A stretch of DNA of 64,000 nt from Candidatus Omnitrophota bacterium (GTDB lineage: Bacteria > Omnitrophota > Gorgyraeia > 2-02-FULL-51-18), in the NCBI GenBank assembly GCA_945877765.1, contig CAMDWQ010000001.1, forward strand, positions 86,253 through 150,252. The letters are read 5' to 3'. Numbering within the stretch: position 1 is the stretch's first letter; each line of letters opens with the position of its first letter. Shown one piece after another: positions 17,099 to 27,371 of the stretch. The position numbers and the translations under genes were made by a program. The notes under the pieces are model-generated. The model did no database searches. It saw only the letters and a program-made list of their open reading frames with translations, and had not been told where the DNA came from.

Positions 17099-18058
17099 TT
17101 GAAAATACTGATCACCGGAATTACAGGCATGGTCGGCAGCCATCTGGCCGAGTATGTTCTTGCGGATCATCGGGACGTGGAAATTCATGGGTTGGTCCGC
17201 TGGAGAAGCCCGCTGACGGCGATTCAGGGGCTCGTGCCCCGGGTGACTCTTCATCAGGCGGAATTAAGAGATTTAAATTCTCTCATTCTTTTGTTAAAAA
17301 AAGTACAGCCGGACCGGATTTTTCATTTAGCGGCGCAATCGTATGTGCCGGCAAGTTTTGAAGCGCCTGCCGACACGCTGGCGACCAATGTGATCGGCAC
17401 CACCAATTTGTTGGATGCGGTAAGGCACGCGAAGCTGGATCCCAAAATTCATATTTGCAGTTCCTCGGAAGTGTATGGCCAGGTCACCCAGGAAGAAACG
17501 CCCATCAAAGAAACCAATGCGTTTCGTCCCGCCAGCCCTTACGCGGTTTCCAAAATCGGGGAAGATATGATCGCGCTGCAATATTTTTTATCGTATGGCG
17601 TGAAAACGATCCGCACGCGGATGTTTACGCATACAGGCCCCCGGCGCGGGGATGTTTTTGTTGAGAGCGCTTTTGCCAAACAAATCGCCCAGATTGAGGC
17701 GGGCGTTCGGCCAAATCCGATGAAAGTGGGAAATTTAAACAGCATACGGACCTTCGCGGATGTCCGAGATGCCGTCAAAGCTTATTGGCTCTTATTAGAA
17801 AAGTGTCCGGCGGGGGAAGTTTATAATATCGGCGGGGAAGAAACGATGAGCGTCGGCCAGATGCTGGAGATGCTCAAAAAAATGGCGCGTTGTCCTATCC
17901 AGCACGAGGTGGATGCGTCGCTGTTGCGGCCGTCGGATGTGACGCTGCAGATTCCTGATTCTTCAAAATTTCGCGCCGCGACCGGTTGGAAACCCGAGAT
18001 TCCTTTGCAGACTACGCTGCGCGATTTACTCGATTATCACCGGAACAGGATAAAATAA
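17099..18058 (+). CDS. NAD-dependent epimerase/dehydratase (GDP-mannose 4,6-dehydratase/Rmd-like)
   Basis: LITGITGMVGSHLAEYVL...EIHGLVRWRS closely matches the Gmd N-terminus LITGITGQDGSYLAEFLL...VHGI. 319 aa, SDR extended family. Confidence 0.8.
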   Translation: MKILITGITGMVGSHLAEYVLADHRDVEIHGLVRWRSPLTAIQGLVPRVTLHQAELRDLNSLILLLKKVQPDRIFHLAAQSYVPASFEAPADTLATNVIGTTNLLDAVRHAKLDPKIHICSSSEVYGQVTQEETPIKETNAFRPASPYAVSKIGEDMIALQYFLSYGVKTIRTRMFTHTGPRRGDVFVESAFAKQIAQIEAGVRPNPMKVGNLNSIRTFADVRDAVKAYWLLLEKCPAGEVYNIGGEETMSVGQMLEMLKKMARCPIQHEVDASLLRPSDVTLQIPDSSKFRAATGWKPEIPLQTTLRDLLDYHRNRIK

Positions 18059-18067
18059 AACTATAAA

Positions 18068-19078
18068 ATGCTGATCTCCAAAACCCCTTTTCGTATTTCT
18101 TTTTTTGGCGGCGGCACCGATTATCCCGCTTGGTATACGAAAGAGGGCGGCGTGGTTTTATCGACGACGATCGATAAGTATTGCTATCTCAACTGCCGTT
18201 TTTTACCCCCTTATTTTAATATCAAACACCGCATTGTCTGGTCCCACATCGAAACCGTGATGTCGATTAAAGAAATCTTGCATCCGGCGGTCCGCGAAGG
18301 GCTTCATTTTTTAGGATTTGACGACAGCATGGGTCTGGAGATTCATCATCAAGGGGATTTGCCTGCCAGGGCCGGCATGGGATCCAGCTCCGCTTTCGCG
18401 GTGGGGCTGATTAATGCGCTGACAAATCTCAAAGGCACCTCTATTGAAAAAAAATCACTGGCGTTGAAGGCCATTGAGCTGGAACGCGATATTTTAAAAG
18501 AACATGTCGGGTCTCAGGACCAGGTAGCTGCCGCTTATGGCGGATTGAATCTTATCTTATTTGACCGCCAGGGCGATTTTCGTGTGGAGCCGATGGCGCT
18601 TTCCACGACCCGTTCGTCGTCTCTGGAGTCTCACCTGATGCTTTTTTATACCGGGATGAATCGAATGGCTTCCGAGGTGGCTCAGGGGGTGATCGAAAAT
18701 ATTCCTCACAAGAAGCAGACTTTTTTAAAAATTCGGAATCTTGTGGACCAAGCGTCCACTCTTTTGAAAGGTTCCGGAGATCTGGACGATTTTGGACGCC
18801 TGCTTCATGAGGGATGGAATTTAAAATGCGATTTAAGCGCCGCGGTGACCAATGCGCGCATCGATGATATCTATCAACGGGCATTAAAACACGGCGCGTT
18901 GGGCGGGAAACTTTTAGGCGCCGGCGGCGCCGGATTCATGGTTTTTTATGTGCCTTTGGGAAAACAGGAAGAAGTCAAGCAGGCGCTCAAAGACCATCTG
19001 TATGTTTCATTCAAATTTGAAAACCACGGCAGTGTCGTGACCGAAAGCAAACAGGTTTGGAAAAGCAATGGCAACTAA
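18068..19078 (+). CDS. GHMP kinase, D-glycero-D-manno-heptose 7-phosphate kinase-like (HddA-like)
   Basis: PFRISFFGGGTDYPAWY N-terminus and GHMP motif PARAGMGSSSAFAVGLI. 336 aa. Confidence 0.8.
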   Translation: MLISKTPFRISFFGGGTDYPAWYTKEGGVVLSTTIDKYCYLNCRFLPPYFNIKHRIVWSHIETVMSIKEILHPAVREGLHFLGFDDSMGLEIHHQGDLPARAGMGSSSAFAVGLINALTNLKGTSIEKKSLALKAIELERDILKEHVGSQDQVAAAYGGLNLILFDRQGDFRVEPMALSTTRSSSLESHLMLFYTGMNRMASEVAQGVIENIPHKKQTFLKIRNLVDQASTLLKGSGDLDDFGRLLHEGWNLKCDLSAAVTNARIDDIYQRALKHGALGGKLLGAGGAGFMVFYVPLGKQEEVKQALKDHLYVSFKFENHGSVVTESKQVWKSNGN

Positions 19079-20054
19079 AACAAGCCCCGAGCTGGAGCTC
19101 AATCTCGCTTTATACAGGAAGCTCTATCTCATCCGAAAATCCGAACAGAAGATCATCGAATATTACCCTGAAAATGAAATGAAGACACCGATGCATATGT
19201 CGATGGGGCAGGAAGCGATCGCGGTGGGAGTCTGTGCCGCGTTGGGCGACCGGGGACAGATTTTTTCTTCTTATCGCAGTCATGCCGCTTTTTTGGCCAG
19301 AACCGGCAACGTGGAAATGTTTTTTATGGAGATGTACGGACGCGGAGGCACATTGACCGGTGGCAAGGCGGGATCCATGCATTTGGCAAGCCCTTCGGAG
19401 GGTGTTCTTTGTTCATCCGCTATTGTCGGCAGCGCGATCCCTCTGGCGGCAGGAGCGGCGTTTGCGAATCGATACAAGAAAAATGATTTACTGGCTTGCG
19501 TATTTTTTGGCGACGGGGCGTTGGAAGAAGGAATTTTCTGGGAAACTTTAAATGCGGCGAGCGCCATGAAACTGCCCGTTTTATTGGTGTGTGAAGATAA
19601 CGGCTTTGCCGTGCATACATCCAAGCAAGCGCGGCACGGTTTTCGTTCCATCACGGAAATTGTTCGTCATTACCAGTGCCATGTTTTTCAGGAAGATACG
19701 ACGGATGCCGAAAAAATTTATCAGTTAACGCGGCAGGCGGTCACGGCAATGCAGCGTGATCCGCGTCCCGTGTTTTTACATCTTCAATGTTACCGTTATT
19801 TGGAGCATGTCGGGATCAACGAAGATTTTGATGCCAATTACCGCCCGCGCGAGGACTATGAGAATTGGTTGAAGAGAGACGCGGTGGCGCTCGGGCGAAA
19901 AAAACTTCTCGAAAGCGGTTTGGCGGAAGCCGATATTTCCCGGGAAGAGCGGAAGCTTGACGAGGAGATTGATCGTTGCGTTCAAAAAGCCAAGAACGCG
20001 CCGTTTCCCCAAAAGCAGGAACTGTATCACGGAGTTTTCCATGAGACAAATTAG
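19068..20054 (+). CDS. ThDP-dependent dehydrogenase E1 component, alpha subunit (pyruvate/acetoin dehydrogenase E1-alpha family)
   Basis: ThDP-binding GDG...N region (VFFGDGALEEGIFWETLNAASAMKLPVLLVCEDNGFA). 328 aa. Confidence 0.85.
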   Translation: MATKTSPELELNLALYRKLYLIRKSEQKIIEYYPENEMKTPMHMSMGQEAIAVGVCAALGDRGQIFSSYRSHAAFLARTGNVEMFFMEMYGRGGTLTGGKAGSMHLASPSEGVLCSSAIVGSAIPLAAGAAFANRYKKNDLLACVFFGDGALEEGIFWETLNAASAMKLPVLLVCEDNGFAVHTSKQARHGFRSITEIVRHYQCHVFQEDTTDAEKIYQLTRQAVTAMQRDPRPVFLHLQCYRYLEHVGINEDFDANYRPREDYENWLKRDAVALGRKKLLESGLAEADISREERKLDEEIDRCVQKAKNAPFPQKQELYHGVFHETN

Positions 20055-21081
20055 TTTCTGCGAAGCGCTCAACGAAGCGATGTTTCAGGAGATGGAGCGG
20101 GATCCGTCGGTTTTTGTGTATGGCATCGGTGTGCCCGATCATAAGAAAATTTTTGGTTCCACCGCGCGGTTGTCCGAGCGCTTTGGGGAACAGCGCTGTT
20201 TTGACACGCCTCTTTGCGAAGAAGCGATGACGGGGTTTGGTTTGGGCGCCGCGATCAACGGCCTTCGGCCCATTCATATCCATATCCGGATGGATTTTCT
20301 TCTGCTGGCCATGAACCAGCTGGTCAACATGGTTTCCAATTTTGTTTATTCCACCAATGGGACGCTAAAAGCGCCGCTGGTGATTCGCGTGGTGGTGGGC
20401 AGAGGCTGGGGCCAGGGCTATCAGCACAGTAAATCACTCCATTCTTATTTTGCGCATATTCCCGGCTTGAAAGTCGTGGTTCCGACGACGCCCAAAGATG
20501 CCAAAGGTCTTCTGGCATCCGCCATCCGTGACAACAATCCGGTCGTTTTTATCGAGCACCGCTGGCTTTATTGGGCGGTCGGTGAAGTGCCGGAAGAGCC
20601 TTTTACGATTCCTATCGGCGAAGCGAATATTATAAAAGAAGGCAGCGATCTGACGGTGGTTGCCGTTTCATGGATGAATATTGAAGCGCTGAAAGCGGCC
20701 GAAATTCTCGCCAAACGAGGCGTTCACATTGAGGTCATCGATCCCAGAACACTTTCTCCTTTAGACGATACGCTGATTATCCAATCGGTGAAAAAAACGG
20801 GCCATTGTTTGGTGGCTGACAATGATTGGGTGGATTGCGGTTTTGGCGCGGAAGTGGCGGCACGTGTTTCTGAAAAATGTTTTGGTCATTTGAAATCACC
20901 CGTCAAACGGATTGGGTTCGCGTTTACCCCTTGCCCGACGGTGAGAGTTTTGGAAAATGAGTTTTATCCTAATGCGGTGACGATTATCCGGTCGATTGAA
21001 AAGACGCTGGGGCTTTCTCCGACGGATATTTCCGACGAAGATTTTTACAGCCATGAAAATCGTTTTCAGGGGCCTTTCTAA
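20041..21081 (+). CDS. ThDP-dependent dehydrogenase E1 component, beta subunit (transketolase-like)
   Basis: Transketolase pyrimidine-binding and C-terminal domains (ISFCEALNEAMFQEMERDPSVFVYG...). Start placed at the internal ATG at 20041, which overlaps the E1-alpha stop. Confidence 0.85.
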   Translation: MRQISFCEALNEAMFQEMERDPSVFVYGIGVPDHKKIFGSTARLSERFGEQRCFDTPLCEEAMTGFGLGAAINGLRPIHIHIRMDFLLLAMNQLVNMVSNFVYSTNGTLKAPLVIRVVVGRGWGQGYQHSKSLHSYFAHIPGLKVVVPTTPKDAKGLLASAIRDNNPVVFIEHRWLYWAVGEVPEEPFTIPIGEANIIKEGSDLTVVAVSWMNIEALKAAEILAKRGVHIEVIDPRTLSPLDDTLIIQSVKKTGHCLVADNDWVDCGFGAEVAARVSEKCFGHLKSPVKRIGFAFTPCPTVRVLENEFYPNAVTIIRSIEKTLGLSPTDISDEDFYSHENRFQGPF

Positions 21082-21740
21082 TGACGTTCACGCTGTTTAT
21101 TCTCATGCGCAACGAGATTGAAGCGCTCCGCGTGATTTTGCCGAGGATCAAAAAAGAATGGGTGGATGAAATTCTTTTGCTGGATGGCGGTTCGACCGAC
21201 GGCAGCATCGAATACGCCGAATCCGTGGGCTTTAAAGTGACGCGGCAAAAAAGCAAAGGCCTGCTGGAGGGCACCAAGGAAGGCCATCGGATGGTCCGCA
21301 CCGATTATGTGATCCAATTTACACCCGACAACAACATGATCCCTGAAAAAATCCCCGAATTAACGGCAAAGGTGAGGGAAGGGTATGACATGGTGATCGT
21401 TTCGCGCTATTTAAAAGGCGCTAAGAGTCATGATGATAATGTGATTACCGGTTTTGGCAATTGGATGTTCACGACCATGGTCAATGTGCTTTTTGGCGCG
21501 CATTACACGGATGTGCTGGGTTTTTACAGAGCTTTCCGCACCAACCTTTTTGAAGAACTTGGATTTGAAATCAAACTTTCCGTGGATACGCAACTTTGTA
21601 TCCGCTGTACGAAAAAGAAATTGAGAGTGGCTGAAATTCCAGGCGACGAACCCAAAAGAATCGGCGGCGCGTCCAGCCGCAGTATTTTAAAAAACGGTTG
21701 GATTGAGTTGACAACGATCTTGGGAGAATTTTTCGGATGA
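21081..21740 (+). CDS. family 2 glycosyltransferase
   Basis: GT-A fold signatures (LLLDGGSTDGS, acidic DxD-like region). 219 aa. Confidence 0.65.
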   Translation: MTFTLFILMRNEIEALRVILPRIKKEWVDEILLLDGGSTDGSIEYAESVGFKVTRQKSKGLLEGTKEGHRMVRTDYVIQFTPDNNMIPEKIPELTAKVREGYDMVIVSRYLKGAKSHDDNVITGFGNWMFTTMVNVLFGAHYTDVLGFYRAFRTNLFEELGFEIKLSVDTQLCIRCTKKKLRVAEIPGDEPKRIGGASSRSILKNGWIELTTILGEFFG

Positions 21741-22945
21741 AGAAACTTTCGGACGCCGCGCATCATATTCACGGGCAACCGATGTTCCAGCTTCTTGAAA
21801 AAGCGGAAGCGTTGGAGAAGCAAGGGCGTCGTATCTTGCATTTTGAGATCGGCACTCCCGGTTTTGAAAGTCCCGCTAATGTGGTGGGTGCCGCGATGGA
21901 GGCGCTTCGAGCAGGCAAGACGCGTTATGTCAGCTCCTGGGGTATTGAAGAATTGCGGCAGGCTATTTGCAGGGATGCCGCTGCGGACTTGGGGTTCCAG
22001 CCGACGGACCGCCAAGTCCTGATTTTGCCCGCCAACGCCGGCATTTATTTTTTAATGCGCTGTGTGGTGAATCCCGGCGAAGAGATTCTCGTGCCGGATC
22101 CGGCGTTTTCCAGTTACTACTCGGCGATAGAATTTATGGGCGCCAAGGCGGTCCGTATGCCCTTAAAGGATGAGAACGCGTTTCAGATTGATCTGGAGGA
22201 TCTGGCCAAAAAAGTAAGCGACCAAACCCGCCTTCTGATCGTCAATTCGCCGCACAATCCGACGGGTTCGGTCTTGCAGCCGGAAAATATGCAAAAACTC
22301 GGGGCTTTCGCCAAAAAAAATGACCTCTATATTTTGAGTGATGAAGTTTACCGGAAAGTCCATTATGGCGAGAAAGCGATTGATTCTCCCTCGAGTATCG
22401 ATCATTGCAAGGAGCGGACAATCGTGCTGAATAGTTTTTCAAAATCTCACGCCATGTCGGGCTGGAGGCTTGGTTATGTGATCGGTCCGGAACCAGTGAT
22501 TGAAAAAATGGCGTTGCTGCTTCAGACGATACTTTCCTGTGTACCGCCGTTTATCCAATACGCAGGTATTGCCGCGTTGCGGCCCGAAACCGATGTTTCG
22601 GTCAAAACCATGGTAGCGGAACTAAAAAAAAGAAGAGATGTGATTGTGCGCGGACTCAACTCGATTCCCGGCATTACTTGCCGCGTTCCGGAAGGCGCTT
22701 TTTATGTTTTCCCGGATATTCGCGGCACAGGCCTTGACGCGGGACAATTTGCTTCGCTGATTCTGGAAAAAGCGGGGGTCGCTCTTTTGCCAGGGACGGA
22801 TTTTGGAAAATACGGAGAGGATCATGTGCGCCTCTGCTATTCCACGACAGAGATTTCGGTGATCGAAGAAGCGATTGAAAAAATGAAAGCCGCACTCCAG
22901 CAAGCGGAAAAGCCTCTTTTAAATAGGCAGGAACGGCGGTCTTGA
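21737..22945 (+). CDS. PLP-dependent aminotransferase, class I/II (aspartate/aromatic aminotransferase fold)
   Basis: LIVNSPHNPTG and SFSKSHAMSGWRLGY (Schiff-base lysine motif). 402 aa. Confidence 0.85.
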   Translation: MKKLSDAAHHIHGQPMFQLLEKAEALEKQGRRILHFEIGTPGFESPANVVGAAMEALRAGKTRYVSSWGIEELRQAICRDAAADLGFQPTDRQVLILPANAGIYFLMRCVVNPGEEILVPDPAFSSYYSAIEFMGAKAVRMPLKDENAFQIDLEDLAKKVSDQTRLLIVNSPHNPTGSVLQPENMQKLGAFAKKNDLYILSDEVYRKVHYGEKAIDSPSSIDHCKERTIVLNSFSKSHAMSGWRLGYVIGPEPVIEKMALLLQTILSCVPPFIQYAGIAALRPETDVSVKTMVAELKKRRDVIVRGLNSIPGITCRVPEGAFYVFPDIRGTGLDAGQFASLILEKAGVALLPGTDFGKYGEDHVRLCYSTTEISVIEEAIEKMKAALQQAEKPLLNRQERRS

Positions 22946-24666
22946 GAGTCGCCGACTACATCGCCAAATTTCTTGTCCGGGAGGGAGTGCGCGATATTTT
23001 CGTTCTGACAGGTTACGGAGCGATGTATTTGAATGATGCGATTACGCTGCAGCCCGAGCTTAAATATTATTGCGCGCGCAACGAAGCCGCGGCGCCGATG
23101 ATGGCCGAAGCTTACGCGCGCGTGAAAAAAAGTTTGGGTGCTGTCTGTTTGACCAGCGGTCCCGGGAGCACGAATGCCATTCCGGGTTTGGCGGAAGCTT
23201 GGGTGGATTCGGCCCCGATTCTTATTTTCTCCGGCCAAGTTCAACGCAGCCACACGACGTATGCCGCAGGGCTTCCGGGCCTGCGAACTTTTGGCACCGC
23301 CGAAATCAATATTGTTCCGATCGTGCGGACACTCACCAAATATGCGGAAATGGTCATGGAAGCCGAATCGATCCGCTATCATTTAGAAAAAGCAGTTTAT
23401 TTAGCGACCCACGGCCGGCCGGGACCGGTGTGGTTGGATATCCCGATGGATATTCAAAGCGCTGAAATTGATGAAAATAATCTTCGGCCTTTTATCGCGC
23501 CTGAGGAATCTTTTTCTGCCTCGGATCTGGAAGCTGGTGTAGAAAAAACAGCCAAGCTTTTACTGTCTTCGAAAAGGCCGCTGCTTCTGGGCGGCCATGG
23601 AATACGGCTGGGAAGCGCTATCGAAGAATTCCGCGCTTTATCCGAAAAACTTCAAATCCCTTTTATTCTTTCGCGTTTCGCTCAAGATATTATTCCTTAT
23701 TCGCATCCGCTCAACATGGGCCAGGCCGGCATCAAAGGCGTGCGTTATTGCGGAGCCGTGATGAAATCCGCGGACGTCGTGCTTTCGCTGGGCTGCCGCA
23801 TGGCGGTCCAATTGGCGGGTCATCGTTTTGATGCGTTTGCACCGGATGCCAAAATTGTCATGGTGGATATCGAAGAGGATGAATTAAAAAAACCCGGTGT
23901 CCCGCTGCATCTGGCGGTGCACGCCGATGTGAAAAAGTTCCTGCATAAATTATTAAAATATCTTCCATCGGCATCGTCTGCCGTCGGAGAAAAAAAATGG
24001 CTGGAGGATTGCGCCCAGCTAAAAAAGGATCATCCGATGGTCACGGCTGATTTTAAGAGAAACCCGATAGATCTCTATTATTTCATGTCGAGGCTGGACG
24101 CGCTTTCCGGATCCGAGCATCTGTTTACGACCGATGCCGGGTCCAACTATTACGCGGGAGGGCAGGTGTATCATTTTGAAAAAGGTCAGCGTGAGATTAC
24201 TTCCGGCACTTTCGCGGCGATGGGGCTGAGCATCCCCTTGGCGATAGGAGCGGCGATCGCGGCGAAGGACTCGCAGATTCTCGCGGTCACCGGCGACGGA
24301 TCTCTGGAGCTTAATATTCAGGAACTCAAAACCATTTCCTATTACAAGCTGAACATAAAACTTTTTGTCATCAACAACGGCGGTTATCTTTCGATGAGAA
24401 ATTGGCAGGACGGTTTTTTTGAGGGCCGCCGTATCGGGTCGGATGATGAAACGGGCGCTGAATCACTGAATTTGAAAAAAGTAGCGGAAGCTTTTGACTT
24501 AAAATATGAATGCATCGCGCGCTGCGAAGCGATTGATGACCAATTAAAAAAAATCATGAAAGAAAAAGGGCCCTTGTTTGTGGAAGTCATCTGCGACAAT
24601 CGCCAAAAGATCATCGAGCCGATCAAGGATTTTTCATCGCAGAAAGCGTCTTCGGCATGCAAATAA
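22942..24666 (+). CDS. ThDP-binding acetolactate-synthase-like enzyme (possible YerE-like sugar C-branching enzyme)
   Basis: N-terminal ThDP pyrimidine domain (MRVADYIAKFLVREGVRDIFVLTGYGAMYLNDAI), central and C-terminal ThDP domains with GDGS...NN motif (VTGDGSLELNIQELKTI...INNGGY). 574 aa. Confidence 0.8.
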   Translation: MRVADYIAKFLVREGVRDIFVLTGYGAMYLNDAITLQPELKYYCARNEAAAPMMAEAYARVKKSLGAVCLTSGPGSTNAIPGLAEAWVDSAPILIFSGQVQRSHTTYAAGLPGLRTFGTAEINIVPIVRTLTKYAEMVMEAESIRYHLEKAVYLATHGRPGPVWLDIPMDIQSAEIDENNLRPFIAPEESFSASDLEAGVEKTAKLLLSSKRPLLLGGHGIRLGSAIEEFRALSEKLQIPFILSRFAQDIIPYSHPLNMGQAGIKGVRYCGAVMKSADVVLSLGCRMAVQLAGHRFDAFAPDAKIVMVDIEEDELKKPGVPLHLAVHADVKKFLHKLLKYLPSASSAVGEKKWLEDCAQLKKDHPMVTADFKRNPIDLYYFMSRLDALSGSEHLFTTDAGSNYYAGGQVYHFEKGQREITSGTFAAMGLSIPLAIGAAIAAKDSQILAVTGDGSLELNIQELKTISYYKLNIKLFVINNGGYLSMRNWQDGFFEGRRIGSDDETGAESLNLKKVAEAFDLKYECIARCEAIDDQLKKIMKEKGPLFVEVICDNRQKIIEPIKDFSSQKASSACK

Positions 24667-25487
24667 AGCAGCTTCAACAAAAAGCGGCCTGGGTGAGAAG
24701 ACAGGTGCTGGAAGCCATCGCGGCCAAAGGAAAAGGGCATATTGGGGGGACTTATTCTTGCACGGATGTTCTGGTAGCGCTTTATTATGCCGGAATTCTG
24801 CGGATCGATCTGAAAAATCCGCGTCAGCCGGACCGCGACCGTTTTATTTTAAGCAAAGGCCACGCCTGCCTGGCGCTTTATTCTATTTATCTGGATCAGG
24901 GAATTTTCACTCCTGAAAAATTTGCGGAATATGGAGTCGACGGGGGAAGTTTGGGGGGACAGCTGGACATCCACATTCCCGGCGCTGAATACAATACCGG
25001 CTCGCTCGGCCACGCGCTTGGCATCGGCTGCGGAATGGCGCTGGCGGCCAAAATGGATGAGAAAAAATATAAAACCTATATTTTGATGGGAGACGCCGAA
25101 TGCCTGGAATGGTCCGTATGGGAATCGGTGATGTTTGCCTCTGAACATGGGCTGAATAATTTGATAGGAATTGTGGATCGCAATCGTCTTTCGGTCACGG
25201 ATGTCCTGGACGACGAACATGTGTTTAGAAATTTTAAAGAGAAGCTTCAAATGTTTGGCTGGAACGCGCAAGTGATCAACGGGCACTCTTTCGAAGAAAT
25301 TTTAAGTGCCTTTGAAGCGGCTAAAAATTCCGACAAACCTTTCATGCTATTGGCCAATACGATTAAAGGAAAAGGCATCTCTTTCATGGAAAACGGGATC
25401 AAGTGGCATCATTCGGTGCCAACACCGGCGGAGCTAGACAAGGCCCGCGCAGAGCTCAAAAAAAATGAAGACGCGCTGTCATGCTAA
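24657..25487 (+). CDS. transketolase, N-terminal (ThDP-binding) subunit of a split transketolase
   Basis: GHIGGTYSCTDVLVALYY, GHACLALYS and GSLGHALGIGCGMA transketolase motifs. 276 aa. Confidence 0.85.
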   Translation: MQIKQLQQKAAWVRRQVLEAIAAKGKGHIGGTYSCTDVLVALYYAGILRIDLKNPRQPDRDRFILSKGHACLALYSIYLDQGIFTPEKFAEYGVDGGSLGGQLDIHIPGAEYNTGSLGHALGIGCGMALAAKMDEKKYKTYILMGDAECLEWSVWESVMFASEHGLNNLIGIVDRNRLSVTDVLDDEHVFRNFKEKLQMFGWNAQVINGHSFEEILSAFEAAKNSDKPFMLLANTIKGKGISFMENGIKWHHSVPTPAELDKARAELKKNEDALSC

Positions 25488-26422
25488 AACTCGCCGAACT
25501 TGATATCCGGGACGCGTTTTTTGATGAGATCTATAGAATCGCCGCCGCGGACAAAAATGTCGTGTTTTTGACCGGCGATATGGACGCCTTTTCACTCCGC
25601 AAATTTAAACAGGATTTTCCTTCACGTTTTATCAATACCGGAGTCGCCGAACAGAATATGATCTGTGTGGCGTCCGGCCTTGCCGCCTGCGGGAAAAAAG
25701 TTTTTGTGTATGGGATCAACACCTTTGTGTCGATGCGGTGTTTTGAGCAGATCAAGATCAATATTTGCAGCATGAATCTTCCGGTGGTGATCATCGGCGC
25801 GGGGGCAGGGTTCTCTTTTGGGTTTGACGGCCCGACGCATCATGGCACGCAGGACGTGGCGGTGATGCGCGCCTTGCCGGAAATGGAAATTTGGAACCTG
25901 GCGGATGCCGGAATTGCCGCCGCTTGCGCGAAATTAGCCGCCAAAACAACTCATCCCATGTATATTCGCCTCGACAAGGGAAAATTTCCTGATTTTTATC
26001 AACCAGAAGAAAATATATCTGCCGGTTTTAAGCTATTAAAACCTCTTCAAAAAATAAATCTTGTCAGCACCGGTTTTATGACCCAGCAGGCGATGCAAAC
26101 CGCCCAAGCATTGGAACTTCAGTCGGTCTCCGTCGGGGTCGTCGATGTTTCACGACTCAAACCTTTAAATCAAGATTTAATCAAACAACTGATTGCTTCA
26201 TCCCATAAGATCTTCACGCTGGAAGAACATTGCCTGACGGGCGGCCTGGGATCTATTTTAAATGACGCGCTGGCTTCCCACAAAAACTCTATCACGCTTG
26301 AGCGGCTGGCGATCCCAGACCTTCAGTTTTTAGCTTACGGCAGCCGCGAATGGTTTCATCAAAGCAACGGGTTGGATGTTCAAAGCATCACCAACCGTAT
26401 CCAAAAATTGATTTCACGATGA
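25481..26422 (+). CDS. transketolase, C-terminal (pyrimidine-binding plus C-terminal) subunit
   Basis: FINTGVAEQNMICVASGLA and GPTHHGTQDVAVMRALP. 313 aa. Overlaps the N-terminal subunit gene. Confidence 0.85.
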   Translation: MLKLAELDIRDAFFDEIYRIAAADKNVVFLTGDMDAFSLRKFKQDFPSRFINTGVAEQNMICVASGLAACGKKVFVYGINTFVSMRCFEQIKINICSMNLPVVIIGAGAGFSFGFDGPTHHGTQDVAVMRALPEMEIWNLADAGIAAACAKLAAKTTHPMYIRLDKGKFPDFYQPEENISAGFKLLKPLQKINLVSTGFMTQQAMQTAQALELQSVSVGVVDVSRLKPLNQDLIKQLIASSHKIFTLEEHCLTGGLGSILNDALASHKNSITLERLAIPDLQFLAYGSREWFHQSNGLDVQSITNRIQKLISR

Positions 26423-27354
26423 ACAACGAGATCCAGTGCCTGGGTTTATCGGAATTTGCCTCTCTTTTTGGATGCAAGGCGGAGGAGATTCCTCAAGATT
26501 GCGCGCAGCTTATCGCCGAAAATGATTTTCGCTATCGTGTGGCAGAAGGGAAGGAATATGAGGAAATTCTTCAAGGAGTTCTCCATAAAATTGATTCCGG
26601 CGGATTTTCAATTGCCGGGGAAGAACGCCTTCCCAATTGGGAAAAGGGATGGGGCGAAAATCTGGAAGCTTTTTTAAAAACTAAAAATATTCTGGAGCTC
26701 GTCCCAAAATATTTCAGGCCCGGCCTGCCGCTGAGGCTTTTTCAGCAGTACATTTTGCCGCTGGATCCTAATTTTGAGATCAACTGGTATTCTGTTTTCA
26801 GGCTGTGGCTTTTTAAAACTTACTTCAAGAGTAGCGGCGCTATTTATGAATTCGGCTGCGGCTCCGGTTTCAACCTTCCGGTGTTAAGCAGCCTTTATCC
26901 GGACAGGAAAGTATTTGGTTTGGACTGGTCCCAAGCATCGGTGGATATCGTCAACCAAATGGCCAAAGCCTGCCGCTGGAATATGGAAGGCCGGCGTTTT
27001 GATTTTTTTAAACCCGATAAAAGTTTTATTCTCGAGCCGTCGAGCATTGTCACCACGATCGGAGCTTTAGAACAAACCGGCCAAAAATACATGGATTTTT
27101 TGGATTATCTAGTGGATTCCAAGCCGGCGCTGGTGGTGCATGCCGAACCTACGGTCGAGTGGTATGATAAAAACAATCCCGTGGATGAGGCGGCGATACG
27201 ATTTCACAAAACACGGCGCTACTGGGAAGGATTTATCGACAAACTTCGCCAACTGGAAAAACAGGGCCGTGTGCAGGTCATAAAAACCAAAAGATCGTAT
27301 TTTGGAAGCCTGTACGTGGAAGGTTATTCTCAAACGATTTGGAAATCCGTTTAA
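26419..27354 (+). CDS. class I SAM-dependent methyltransferase
   Basis: YEFGCGSGFNLPVLS motif I and VFGLDWS. Start placed at the internal ATG at 26419, which overlaps the previous stop. Confidence 0.6.
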   Translation: MNNEIQCLGLSEFASLFGCKAEEIPQDCAQLIAENDFRYRVAEGKEYEEILQGVLHKIDSGGFSIAGEERLPNWEKGWGENLEAFLKTKNILELVPKYFRPGLPLRLFQQYILPLDPNFEINWYSVFRLWLFKTYFKSSGAIYEFGCGSGFNLPVLSSLYPDRKVFGLDWSQASVDIVNQMAKACRWNMEGRRFDFFKPDKSFILEPSSIVTTIGALEQTGQKYMDFLDYLVDSKPALVVHAEPTVEWYDKNNPVDEAAIRFHKTRRYWEGFIDKLRQLEKQGRVQVIKTKRSYFGSLYVEGYSQTIWKSV

Positions 27355-27371
27355 AAAAAAGGGCCCCGACG

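Noticed and set aside
19957-20040. N-terminal 28-aa extension of the E1-beta ORF (MTRRLIVAFKKPRTRRFPKSRNCITEFS)
   Set aside because: It lies entirely within the 3' end of the E1-alpha gene in another frame. E1-beta homologues start at the MRQISF-type N-terminus, which here overlaps the E1-alpha stop, as is typical.
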